A stretch of DNA of 64,000 bases, taken from Acidobacteriaceae bacterium. Lineage in GTDB: Bacteria; Acidobacteriota; Terriglobia; Terriglobales; Acidobacteriaceae. The translations under genes and the position numbers were made by a program. The stretch lies in the NCBI GenBank assembly GCA_027452245.1, contig DAIDGW010000017.1, positions 18,483-82,482 of the forward strand. The letters are read 5' to 3'. Below, piece after piece: positions 55,803 to 64,000 of the stretch (position 1 is its first letter; each line of letters opens with the position of its first letter). Below the pieces are notes generated by a model. The model searched no databases and was not told the DNA's origin. It was given only the letters and a program-made list of their open reading frames with translations.

Positions 55803-56009
55803 AACAAGCAGTGTTGCCTAATTGTGCACGCCCTTGCAAGTTTGCACCCAGCATCTCTGCACCACCGCTTAGACACGCCGCTTCAATGTCAGAATAATGT
55901 ACGCACCTGAAGAAAGCGTGAAGGCGGGATGAACGGACAGTCGGCTGGAAGATGAACGCTTTTGCACCAGACGGGCATCTGGCCTTAATTCTTGATCGGA
56001 TCCCCACTA

Positions 56010-56354
56010 TCAGTGCTTTTGCTTGCCGCTCCCCGAGCTTTGCCCAACCCATTCGGGAACCACATCGGAAGGCATTCCCGGCTCCTGCGGCCAGGCGACC
56101 CCAAGCGCGTGCAATATCAGGCGGTCTGTCAGCGTAAGCCGATTTGCATCGAGGAGCACGTCATATGCGTATTGCACGGAGACGTTCCGTGTAATGCACC
56201 ACTTCTCATGACGGATCACGCCTCCGCAGTGCTCGCATGCTGCCCGGGCATCATACTTGTTTGTGTGATACCAGCCTGACGATGGGTTTCTGAGCACCGC
56301 TGCCCCCTCATCGAATGGACTGAGACCTACACCTTCGGATCGTCGGCCCATCAA
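56010..56354 (-). CDS. hypothetical protein (weak)
   Basis: 114-aa ORF containing 'CEHCGGVIRHEKWC'. No convincing SD and no family recognised. Confidence 0.3.
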   Translation of the reverse strand: MMGRRSEGVGLSPFDEGAAVLRNPSSGWYHTNKYDARAACEHCGGVIRHEKWCITRNVSVQYAYDVLLDANRLTLTDRLILHALGVAWPQEPGMPSDVVPEWVGQSSGSGKQKH

Positions 56355-56567
56355 TTTTAGTCTTGAGCTGAGAATAGGAAAGACGGCAGCATCTCACTAG
56401 CAAGCGCATCACTTCGCGACGTGATGCGGATCACAGTAAGGTGTCAGTAATGCTTTCCAAGTAGCAATTGCACCCTGAGACTATTTTGGCTGGGTGTGCC
56501 CGACGTGCCCGGTGGAATCGAATTTTGCTGTTTGTGTCGTAGACTCTGTTTTTAGAGAGGAATTAGA

Positions 56568-57986
56568 ATGCGCCATCCGATCCCGGTTCCATTATTCTTT
56601 GCATCCTTTATCATCGCGGCTCTTACCGCCCCGGCACAGCAGACCACCTCCGGTTCTTCTACCGCCGAACTTCCTGAACCGCCCCACGCGCAGGTCTTCA
56701 CCGTCACTCCCCAACCGGGTTTTCACAATGAGCCTTCGATTGCCATCAATCCCCGAAATCCCTCGCAGGCATTTGCGGCCTACCAGATGCCGGCTGGCGT
56801 TGTCTTCTCACAGGACGGAGGCATCTCCTGGAAGCCGACGCCCGGCACGAAATCGACTGATTACAAGATTTCGGGCGATGTGGGCACCGTTTACGATAAG
56901 AACGGAACCGCGATTCTTTGCTACATCGCCTTCGATAAGCTCGGAACCGAAAACTATTGGGCGCACGGAGCCACAAGGAATGGAATCTTCGTTCGTCGCT
57001 CACAGGATGGTGGCGCGACCTGGGAAAAGCAGGACCACGCCGTCATCTCTCATCCAACCGCGCCCGACATTCCCTTCGAAGACAAACCCGGCATCGCCGC
57101 CGACACCACCGCTAGCAAGTACGCGGGAAATCTCTACGTCGGCTGGACCGAATTCCGCATCAACGAGAGCGTGATCCTGTTCTCCCGCTCTACCGACGGA
57201 GGGCTGTCCTGGTCCTCGCCGATTGAAATCAGCACTCATCATGGTCTTCCCCGCGATGACAACGGCGCCGTCGAAGGGTTCTCCGCGGCGATCGGCGCCG
57301 ATGGCACCATCTACTCCGTCTGGGCTGACGGCGACAGCATTGTCTTTACCTCATCGAAAGATGGCGGCAGCAGTTTTGTCAGGAGCCGCAGCGTCATCAA
57401 AACCGCGCCCCTCTATTTCGCCGCCGAAGCGCTGGACCGCGCCAATGGCTTTCCTCAAATCGCCATTGACCCTCACCGCGGGAAGAAAGGACGCCTGTAC
57501 GTAACCTGGAGCGACTATCGCTCGGGCGATATCAACGTTTACTGCTCCACCTCCGATGATGGTGGCAAGTCGTGGAGCAACGCTGTTCGTGTGAATTCCA
57601 ACCCCGCTCACGATGGAACCGATCAGTTCTTCCAGTGGCTGGCCGTGGATCCCTCGACCGGCGACGCCAACATTATTTTCTACGACCGGCGCATCGATCC
57701 GTCCGACCGCAAGACCGCCGTCACTCTCGCACGATCCACCGATGGCGGCGAGAACTTTACCAACTATGCCTGGACACGTACTCCTTTCCTGCCAACGCGA
57801 GAAGAATTCCTGGGGGACTATATCGGGGTGGCCGCTTTCAATAACAAAGTTCTGGGAGTCTGGGCCGAGATCGCACCAGTCCAGCCGGTACCTGTAGACC
57901 AAACCTCCGACGGGGAAAAATCTTCCGTCAGTCGCTATCACACCATCGTCAAGGTCGGGTTCGCCGATTTTTCAACTGGGAAATAG
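56568..57986 (+). CDS. BNR/Asp-box repeat glycoside hydrolase (exo-alpha-sialidase-like)
   Basis: Signal peptide 'PVPLFFASFIIAALTAPAQ'. Six Asp-box (SxDxGxxW/F) motifs: 'SQDGGISW', 'SQDGGATW', 'STDGGLSW', 'SKDGGSSF', 'SDDGGKSW' and 'STDGGENF'. Confidence 0.8.
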   Translation: MRHPIPVPLFFASFIIAALTAPAQQTTSGSSTAELPEPPHAQVFTVTPQPGFHNEPSIAINPRNPSQAFAAYQMPAGVVFSQDGGISWKPTPGTKSTDYKISGDVGTVYDKNGTAILCYIAFDKLGTENYWAHGATRNGIFVRRSQDGGATWEKQDHAVISHPTAPDIPFEDKPGIAADTTASKYAGNLYVGWTEFRINESVILFSRSTDGGLSWSSPIEISTHHGLPRDDNGAVEGFSAAIGADGTIYSVWADGDSIVFTSSKDGGSSFVRSRSVIKTAPLYFAAEALDRANGFPQIAIDPHRGKKGRLYVTWSDYRSGDINVYCSTSDDGGKSWSNAVRVNSNPAHDGTDQFFQWLAVDPSTGDANIIFYDRRIDPSDRKTAVTLARSTDGGENFTNYAWTRTPFLPTREEFLGDYIGVAAFNNKVLGVWAEIAPVQPVPVDQTSDGEKSSVSRYHTIVKVGFADFSTGK

Positions 57987-58063
57987 CCTCGGGCGTCACT
58001 CATCCTCGCGATCCATCCGCCCAGACGGGTCTTTCGCTGCACAGAGGACGATCATCCGCAAGA

Positions 58064-59206
58064 TCACTGCTGCTGATTTTGCGGCTCTGGTTCCGGCGCC
58101 GGAACAATGGCTGGCTCCTGCACTACGCTATCATCCCGCCGGCGCAACACGACTGGCGGATGCTCGCGGCGCAGCACTTCCTGCTGTCGCGCCACTCGCG
58201 CTTCCACCTTCGAGGCATTGTCGGCTGCGATCTGCGCGATCCGTTGCCCTTCCACATTGCCGCGTGTGGCCAGCCCGGCCTTCTGCAACGAGTTCATGGC
58301 GGTCGTCGCGCTGTTATAGAAAAATTGCGCCGTCTCGCGGTCTCCCTCGATCTCCGCCACGTATCCAATATTATTTCGCGCGAACGCGTTCGTCGGATCG
58401 AGCGCATACGCCTTGCGAAAATCCAGATCCGCAGTCTGAGGATCGTTCCGGTTCATCGCCGAAACGCCCCGTAGATTCAATTGCGCCACCCGCGCCTGCA
58501 GCGTGTTCTCTTTCGCCATCCGCGCCCGCAGAAACTTCGCGTTTTCCGCCGCCATCTCCGCCACCGGCTTGCCCCGCCACGAACGCGAAAGTGTCACCAC
58601 CGCGGTCGCATCCTGCGGCCCCGCCGCCGCCTCCGCGTAATATTTCAGGGCATCATCGCTTTCGCCTTCCATCTCTTTCGCCACGCCCATGTTATTCAGC
58701 GTGTAGATGTTGTGCGGATTGCTCTTCAGCGTGTGTTGCAACAGAAGATCCGCTTCCGGCGCTCGCCCCTGCGACAGCAACCGCACCGCCTCCACGTTAT
58801 CGTGATTGATCTGCATGGGCAGTTCCGGAACTTCGAGTGCTGCACTCACGCTCTTCCCCTGCAATTTCTCGTTGCTGGTTACGGCGATCACCGCGTCAGT
58901 GGGAAGTTGTCCCGCAAGCTGGTAAAAGTGATGCGCCCGCTCCACCTGCCCCTGCAGCTCCGCGATGTAGCCCAGATTGTTCAGCGTGAATGGATTGTCG
59001 GGATCCAGCAGGTACGCTTTATAAAATAGCGCCTCCGCCTTCTCGTACTTATGCTTTTGCACTTCCTTGACGCCGCTCCGGTTCAACTTCTGTACCGGAG
59101 TCAACCGCCCGGTCTCGGGAATCGTGATCTTCAAATCTCCGGCAAACGCAGGGAGTGCGCTCACAATTCCGACCAGTAAAATTATCGCCCACCTTTTCAT
59201 CTGCAT
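58064..59206 (-). CDS. exported tetratricopeptide-repeat protein
   Basis: Signal peptide 'WAIILLVGIVSALPAFA'. Repeated 'A..(F/Y)(Y/R)KAY.LDP.N.F..NN(L/I)GY(I/V)AE' TPR-like units. Confidence 0.8.
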   Translation of the reverse strand: MQMKRWAIILLVGIVSALPAFAGDLKITIPETGRLTPVQKLNRSGVKEVQKHKYEKAEALFYKAYLLDPDNPFTLNNLGYIAELQGQVERAHHFYQLAGQLPTDAVIAVTSNEKLQGKSVSAALEVPELPMQINHDNVEAVRLLSQGRAPEADLLLQHTLKSNPHNIYTLNNMGVAKEMEGESDDALKYYAEAAAGPQDATAVVTLSRSWRGKPVAEMAAENAKFLRARMAKENTLQARVAQLNLRGVSAMNRNDPQTADLDFRKAYALDPTNAFARNNIGYVAEIEGDRETAQFFYNSATTAMNSLQKAGLATRGNVEGQRIAQIAADNASKVEARVARQQEVLRREHPPVVLRRRDDSVVQEPAIVPAPEPEPQNQQQ

Positions 59207-59385
59207 TTCTTTATTCCCTCTCGACTCAGCCCGGTAATCGACACGATCCCGGAATCGCTTTGGATGCCAAAATCGTCCGCTTTGTTGATCCCTAAATAAG
59301 GGATCCGCCGACCTCCCCGGCTACCTTTCCCCCTCCACCCGCATCCAACCCACGCGTCGAAAATTGCTTGATTTGAAGGGGACCC

Positions 59386-60345
59386 ATGAGACGTCTTCTG
59401 CCACTGCTCCTGCTGGGAATCGCAACCGCCTCAATGGCTTACGCCCAAACCTCTCCCGCTCAATCCGTTGTTTCGTCACCACCCTCGGCCAAGTCCAATG
59501 CCACACCGGCCCCCGATACCTCGCCCAATGACGATGCTGCTGATAGCGCTGACGTCCCTTCCAACGACGTCTCGGTCGATCCGGCCAGCCTCATCCCCGA
59601 TCCGCCGCCACTTCCCAAAGAGAATGCCACGCTCATCGGAGGCACCATCCAGCATCTCGACCGCGTGCGCGACGTGTTGACCCTCCATGCCTTCGGCGGC
59701 GGGTCGATGAAAATTGAATTCGATCCCCGCACCGAGATCTACCTGAACGGAAATCCGGGCGGCACCGCCGACCTGCATCAGGGAGACCGCATCTACGCCG
59801 ACACCATCCTCAACGGCGACCGCATATTCGCCCGTGCCATTCATCTGCGCAACACCAGCACTGGCGGAGAAAGCCAGGGCACCATCGTGGCCTATCATCC
59901 CAACCGGAATGAACTGCTGCTCCGCGACCGCCTTTCGCCCCGCACCATTCGAGTTCGCCTCGATTCCTCCACCCGCATCGTGAACCGGGGCCGTACCGTG
60001 AGCGCTTCCGATCTTGTTCCCGGCACGCTGGTCAACATCAACTTCGGCTCGCAGCAGGATGGCGGCGACCTCGCGCACGACATTTCCATTCTCGCCACGC
60101 CCGGCGCCGGCTTCACCTTCGTCGGACAGGTCATCGGCGTCGATCTTCACGCCGGGGTCATGTCACTCCTCTCCAGCATCGATAACAAGAATTACGATCT
60201 CTATATCGATCCCGACAACGTCAACGTGGGATACGATCTGCGCCCCGGGGCCCAAGTCACGGTGCTGACCCGCTTCGATGGCAAACACTACGTGGTGCGC
60301 AGCGTAACCTTCAACTCCGCCGCCAATGCACAGCCCAAACCGTAA
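59386..60345 (+). CDS. exported hypothetical protein with repeated beta-rich modules
   Basis: Signal peptide 'LLPLLLLGIATASMAYAQ', a Pro/Ser/Asp-rich linker, then three similar modules ('L..GD.I.......G..I.A..I.L' type). Confidence 0.6.
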   Translation: MRRLLPLLLLGIATASMAYAQTSPAQSVVSSPPSAKSNATPAPDTSPNDDAADSADVPSNDVSVDPASLIPDPPPLPKENATLIGGTIQHLDRVRDVLTLHAFGGGSMKIEFDPRTEIYLNGNPGGTADLHQGDRIYADTILNGDRIFARAIHLRNTSTGGESQGTIVAYHPNRNELLLRDRLSPRTIRVRLDSSTRIVNRGRTVSASDLVPGTLVNINFGSQQDGGDLAHDISILATPGAGFTFVGQVIGVDLHAGVMSLLSSIDNKNYDLYIDPDNVNVGYDLRPGAQVTVLTRFDGKHYVVRSVTFNSAANAQPKP

Positions 60346-60565
60346 GCCGACTCACCTGCTGTCAACAGTCGGTACCCGTGGGGCAGGGTGATCGAATTCC
60401 CGAATGGATAGGGGAGAGTTCAGGGAGCCGCGGCAAACTTTGTCAAGCCCCCAGAACGCTCGGAAATCCGCCAAGCTATTCAGCCCACGGGAAATATAAA
60501 TTTCCAATTCGTGTCCACTTTGCCTATCGCAAATTGCTAAACTAGAATTAGAGAGTAAGAAAACG

Positions 60566-60593
60566 AAGCGCGGCCCGCCAGCCGCGCTTTTTG
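60566..60593 (+). terminator. GC-rich hairpin with U-tract (intrinsic terminator; possibly bidirectional)
   Basis: AAGCGCGGC-ccgcca-GCCGCGCTT followed by TTTTTG on the + strand. The complementary strand gives the same stem followed by CGTTTTC. It lies 220 nt after the + strand gene and 200 nt after acnA (- strand). Confidence 0.5.
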
Positions 60594-60792
60594 TATTTGA
60601 GAAGCCAAGGTTTGGCTACCTGGGTTCCAGCCGGTGTTGCCAGAAGTGGGTTTTTGGTTCTAGTTCTGATTCGGGAACTACATCTCCCTGCGCGACTCGG
60701 AATCCCAGACCAGCATGATTTCATGCCTCTACTCCGCGTTCATGCCATGGGACCCGAAACGCTTTGAGGGCGCCCGATACTTTCCGTAGACT

Positions 60793-63630
60793 TTACGCGT
60801 GCACGGGTTCGGCGCTGGGCTTCGTGCTCAGCAACTGCCGCAGCACGTACTGCAGAATTCCGCCGTTCGCGTAGTAGAGCGCTTCCTGCGGAGTGTCGAT
60901 GCGCACCAGCGCTTCAAACTCTACCGGCTTGTCGCCGCGCTTGCCTTTGGCACGGACTTTCACTTTGCGTCCCGGCTCGTAGTGATCGACCAGTTCGCGG
61001 ATGCCGCCGATCTCAAACGTCTCTTCGCCCGAGAGTCCAAGCGATTCGGCATTCTGTCCGGAGGGGAATTGCAGCGGCAGGACCCCCATGCCGACCAGGT
61101 TCGAGCGGTGAATGCGCTCGTAGCTTTCGGCGATCACGGCCGCGACCCCGAGCAGGCGCGGGCCTTTGGCCGCCCAGTCGCGCGACGACCCTGATCCGTA
61201 CTCTTTCCCCGCGAGGATGATCAGGGGCGTGCCTTCGGCGCGGTATTTCTCCGACGCGTCGAAGATCGACATCTCGGTGTCCGTGGGCAGGTGGCGGGTG
61301 AATCCGCCTTCGGTCGCGACCAGCTTGTTGCGCAGGCGGACATTGGCGAACGTGCCGCGCACCATCACTTCGTGATTGCCGCGGCGCGATCCGTAGGAGT
61401 TGAAATCGACTGGCTGCACGCCGTGCTGCTGCAGGTATTTTCCAGCAGGGCTGTCTTTCTTGATCGATCCCGCGGGAGAGATATGATCGGTGGTCACGCT
61501 GTCGCCGAGCACGGCGAGCACGCGGGCGCCCTTGATGTCCTCGACCGGCGAGGGCTTCACCGCCATCTCGTCGAAGTACGGCGCCTGGCGGATGTACGTG
61601 GAATCTTTTTCCCAGACGTAAGTCTGGCCTTTGGGAATGGAGAGACCGCGCCAGCGCTCGTCGCCTTCGAAGACTTCGCCGTAGCTCTTCGAAAACATCT
61701 CCGACGAAATCGACTGCTGGATGGCTTCTTCGATTTCGCGCTGCGCCGGCCAGATGTCGGCCAGATACACGGGTTGCCCGTCGCGCCCTTTGCCGAGAGG
61801 ATCTTTGCGGAGATCGAGGTCGATGCGTCCAGCCAGCGCAAAAGCCACAACCAGCGGCGGCGACATCAGATAGTTGGCCCGCACTTCGGAGTTGATGCGG
61901 CCTTCGAAGTTGCGATTGCCCGAGAGCACGGAGGCGACGACCAGGTCTTTCTCGTCGATCGCTTGGGACACTTCCGCAGGCAGCGGCCCCGAATTGCCGA
62001 TGCAGGTCGTGCATCCGTAGCCGACAAGATTGAATTTCAGTTTCTCGAGGTACGGCATCAATCCGGCTTTTTCGAGATAGTCGCGGACCACTTTCGATCC
62101 GGGGGCGAGCGAGGTTTTCACCCACGCGGGAACAGTAAGGCCCTTCTCGACGGCTTTCTTGGCGAGCAGGCCCGCGCCGATGAGCACCGAGGGATTGGAG
62201 GTGTTGGTGCAGGATGTGATCGCGGCGATAACCACGCTGCCGTGTTGCAGCGATGCTTTCACGCTGGCAGGAACGTGTTCGTGGTCGCGTGGATCTTCGA
62301 CGCCAACCGCCGTGGGGCTGCCGCCTTCGGTTTCCCATGTCTTCATGTTGCTGGTCGGGCCGTTCCCAGGTTTGGCTACTGCAGCGGCCCCGGTGGCGCC
62401 CGCAGTTTTCGCCGCCGATTTCGGCTTGATCAGCGAAGGCAGCGCTTTCTGGAAAGACTCGCCAGCTTGCGAAAGCACGACGCGGTCCTGCGGACGCTTC
62501 GGCCCTGCGAGGCTCGGTTCGACCGTGGCCAGATCGAGAGCCAGCAGTTCGGAATATTCCGCTTCCGGAGTTTTTTCGTCATGAAACAAGCCTTGCTCAC
62601 GGCAATAAGCCTCAACCAAAGCGATCTGTTCTTCTCTGCGCCCGGTCAGGCGGAGATAACGCAGGCTCTCTTTATCGACGGGAAAGATTCCACAGGTCGC
62701 GCCATACTCGGGAGACATGTTGGCAATCGTGGCGCGATCGGCCAACTGAAGCTCGCGCAATCCGGGACCGAAGTATTCGACGAATTTTCCGACCACGCCG
62801 TGCTTGCGCAGCATTTCGGTGATGGTCAGGACGAGATCGGTCGCGGTCGCACCTTCCCGCAGGCGTCCGGTCAACTTCACGCCCACGACGCGCGGGATGA
62901 GCATGGAGACGGGCTGTCCGAGCATCGCGGCCTCGGCTTCAATGCCGCCGACGCCCCATCCCAGCACTCCCAAACCATTCACCATCGTCGTGTGACTGTC
63001 TGTTCCCACCAACGTGTCGGGGTAGGCGACGCGCTTGCCGGGGCTTTCCTGCACGAAAACAACACGGGCGAGGTATTCGAGGTTGACCTGGTGGACGATG
63101 CCCGTATCCGGCGGAACGATGGCCAGATTGCGGAAGCCGGTCTGTCCCCAGCGCAGGAAGGAATAGCGCTCCTTGTTGCGCTGGAATTCGAGCAGCGCGT
63201 TGACGTTGAGAGCGTCGGCGGTGCCGAATTCGTCGACTTGTACGGAGTGATCGATAACGAGTTCGACCGGCTGCAGGGGATTGATCAGCGCGGGATCGCC
63301 GCCCAACTGCTTCATGGCATCACGCATCGCGGCCAAATCCACCACGCAGGGAACGCCGGTGAAATCCTGCAGAAGTACGCGGCTGGGAGTAAACGCAATT
63401 TCCTTTTCTGCCGTGGCCTTGCTGTTCCATGCGGCAAGCGCGCGGATTTCTTCCTTGGTGACGTTGCGTCCGTCTTCGGTGCGCAGAAGATTTTCGAGCA
63501 GGATGCGCAGCGAATACGGCAGATGCCGGGTTGAAATGCCTTGCTGGTCGAGCGCGGAGATGCGATAGATTTCGTGTTCTTTGTTGCCGACTTTCAGAGT
63601 AGAGCGGGAGTTGAAGCTGTTGACTGACAT
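60793..63630 (-). CDS. acnA: aconitate hydratase A
   Basis: 945 aa. '[14 protein letters not shown]', 'VDLAAMRDA', 'TDSHTTM', Fe-S ligand regions '[12 protein letters not shown]' and '[11 protein letters not shown]', and a C-terminal swivel domain '[16 protein letters not shown]'. Confidence 0.95.
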   Translation of the reverse strand: MSVNSFNSRSTLKVGNKEHEIYRISALDQQGISTRHLPYSLRILLENLLRTEDGRNVTKEEIRALAAWNSKATAEKEIAFTPSRVLLQDFTGVPCVVDLAAMRDAMKQLGGDPALINPLQPVELVIDHSVQVDEFGTADALNVNALLEFQRNKERYSFLRWGQTGFRNLAIVPPDTGIVHQVNLEYLARVVFVQESPGKRVAYPDTLVGTDSHTTMVNGLGVLGWGVGGIEAEAAMLGQPVSMLIPRVVGVKLTGRLREGATATDLVLTITEMLRKHGVVGKFVEYFGPGLRELQLADRATIANMSPEYGATCGIFPVDKESLRYLRLTGRREEQIALVEAYCREQGLFHDEKTPEAEYSELLALDLATVEPSLAGPKRPQDRVVLSQAGESFQKALPSLIKPKSAAKTAGATGAAAVAKPGNGPTSNMKTWETEGGSPTAVGVEDPRDHEHVPASVKASLQHGSVVIAAITSCTNTSNPSVLIGAGLLAKKAVEKGLTVPAWVKTSLAPGSKVVRDYLEKAGLMPYLEKLKFNLVGYGCTTCIGNSGPLPAEVSQAIDEKDLVVASVLSGNRNFEGRINSEVRANYLMSPPLVVAFALAGRIDLDLRKDPLGKGRDGQPVYLADIWPAQREIEEAIQQSISSEMFSKSYGEVFEGDERWRGLSIPKGQTYVWEKDSTYIRQAPYFDEMAVKPSPVEDIKGARVLAVLGDSVTTDHISPAGSIKKDSPAGKYLQQHGVQPVDFNSYGSRRGNHEVMVRGTFANVRLRNKLVATEGGFTRHLPTDTEMSIFDASEKYRAEGTPLIILAGKEYGSGSSRDWAAKGPRLLGVAAVIAESYERIHRSNLVGMGVLPLQFPSGQNAESLGLSGEETFEIGGIRELVDHYEPGRKVKVRAKGKRGDKPVEFEALVRIDTPQEALYYANGGILQYVLRQLLSTKPSAEPVHA

Positions 63631-63813
63631 GATGGCGTCCTCGAATCGTGCAGAAATTATTAGTGTAATGCGGCGGGGCGCGCCTTGTCTTGCGTGGCGG
63701 GAATCGGTAGCGTCCTAACACTATTGGGACACTACCCAGAATCGGGCCGCGGTGCGCAGCCTGAAAAGCCATCGCTGGTAGGCCCGGGCGGCGTGGGCAT
63801 ACAATATTCTTTT

Positions 63814-64000
63814 ATGTCTCCCATTCCTGACGACCTTTCCTCCACAAAAGACGACATGATTGCCTTCATTGAAGGCCATGGCATGCGGCGCTTCTACGGA
63901 TTCGTCGACTACGAAGAAGTGCAGTCGATCATGTGGGAGAGTGGCGCCAATCCCGACGCCTGGAAGGACTTTGTCGAGCTGGCGAAGGCCTCCGGCGCTC
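63814..64000 (+). CDS. hypothetical protein, 3'-truncated by window end
   Basis: My own translation from ATG 63814 gives 62 codons without a stop (MSPIPDDLSSTKDDMIAFIEGHGMRRFYGFVDYEEVQSIMWESGANPDAWKDFVELAKASGA). 'TACAAT' lies 14 nt upstream. Divergent from acnA. Confidence 0.4.
   Translation, partial: MSPIPDDLSSTKDDMIAFIEGHGMRRFYGFVDYEEVQSIMWESGANPDAWKDFVELAKASGA

Noticed and set aside
58264-59029. 181-182-aa + strand ORFs antisense to the TPR gene
   Set aside because: Pro/Arg/Ala-rich shadow frames. The minus frame has a signal peptide and regular TPR units.
61013-63534. 441-aa (minus, other frame) and 747-aa (plus) ORFs inside acnA
   Set aside because: They are extremely Arg/Gly/Ala-rich products of alternative frames of a GC-rich gene. 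The AcnA frame is unambiguous over 945 aa.

Overview
This is a 64-kb chromosomal segment with about 60 protein-coding genes and one tRNA. No rRNA, CRISPR array, transposase, integrase or phage genes are visible.

Gene content points to an Acidobacteriota (Terriglobia-like) genome. The pointers are a CarboxypepD_reg-type TonB-dependent receptor, a Ser/Thr-kinase fused to a TolB-like propeller, giant FG-GAP and SBBP beta-propeller proteins, and several sigma-54 activators. This taxonomic call is inference from gene content only.

Housekeeping blocks:
- leuB-leuA with a divergent LysR regulator
- yggX
- dapB-dapA-dapD
- RNase J
- a short threonine dehydratase
- tRNA-Leu(CAA)
- acnA

Accessory-looking blocks:
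1. A signalling cluster at 16.6-22.8 kb: two hybrid PAS kinases, a REC-PilZ protein and a sigma-54 activator.
2. Two giant secreted propeller proteins (23.3-26.7 kb SBBP type; 33.1-36.7 kb with 14 FG-GAP blades). Their propeller regions differ in type, but they share an unusual C-terminal module.
3. A LuxR / Cys-rich exported protein / DsbA trio upstream of the FG-GAP gene.
4. A tightly packed sortase operon (exported rubrerythrin - DUF2231 - sortase - LPKTA substrate) followed by a histidine kinase / sigma-54 activator pair. This is the most system-like, least explained feature of the window.
5. A small ORF translationally coupled to a TonB-dependent receptor.
6. A cluster of small exported or membrane ORFs with a tandem USP and Rnk.
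7. A decayed copy of a sigma-54 regulator 3' end.

All functional calls come from motif recognition by eye in the supplied translations. No database search was run, so family names are hypotheses to confirm with HMM or BLAST searches.
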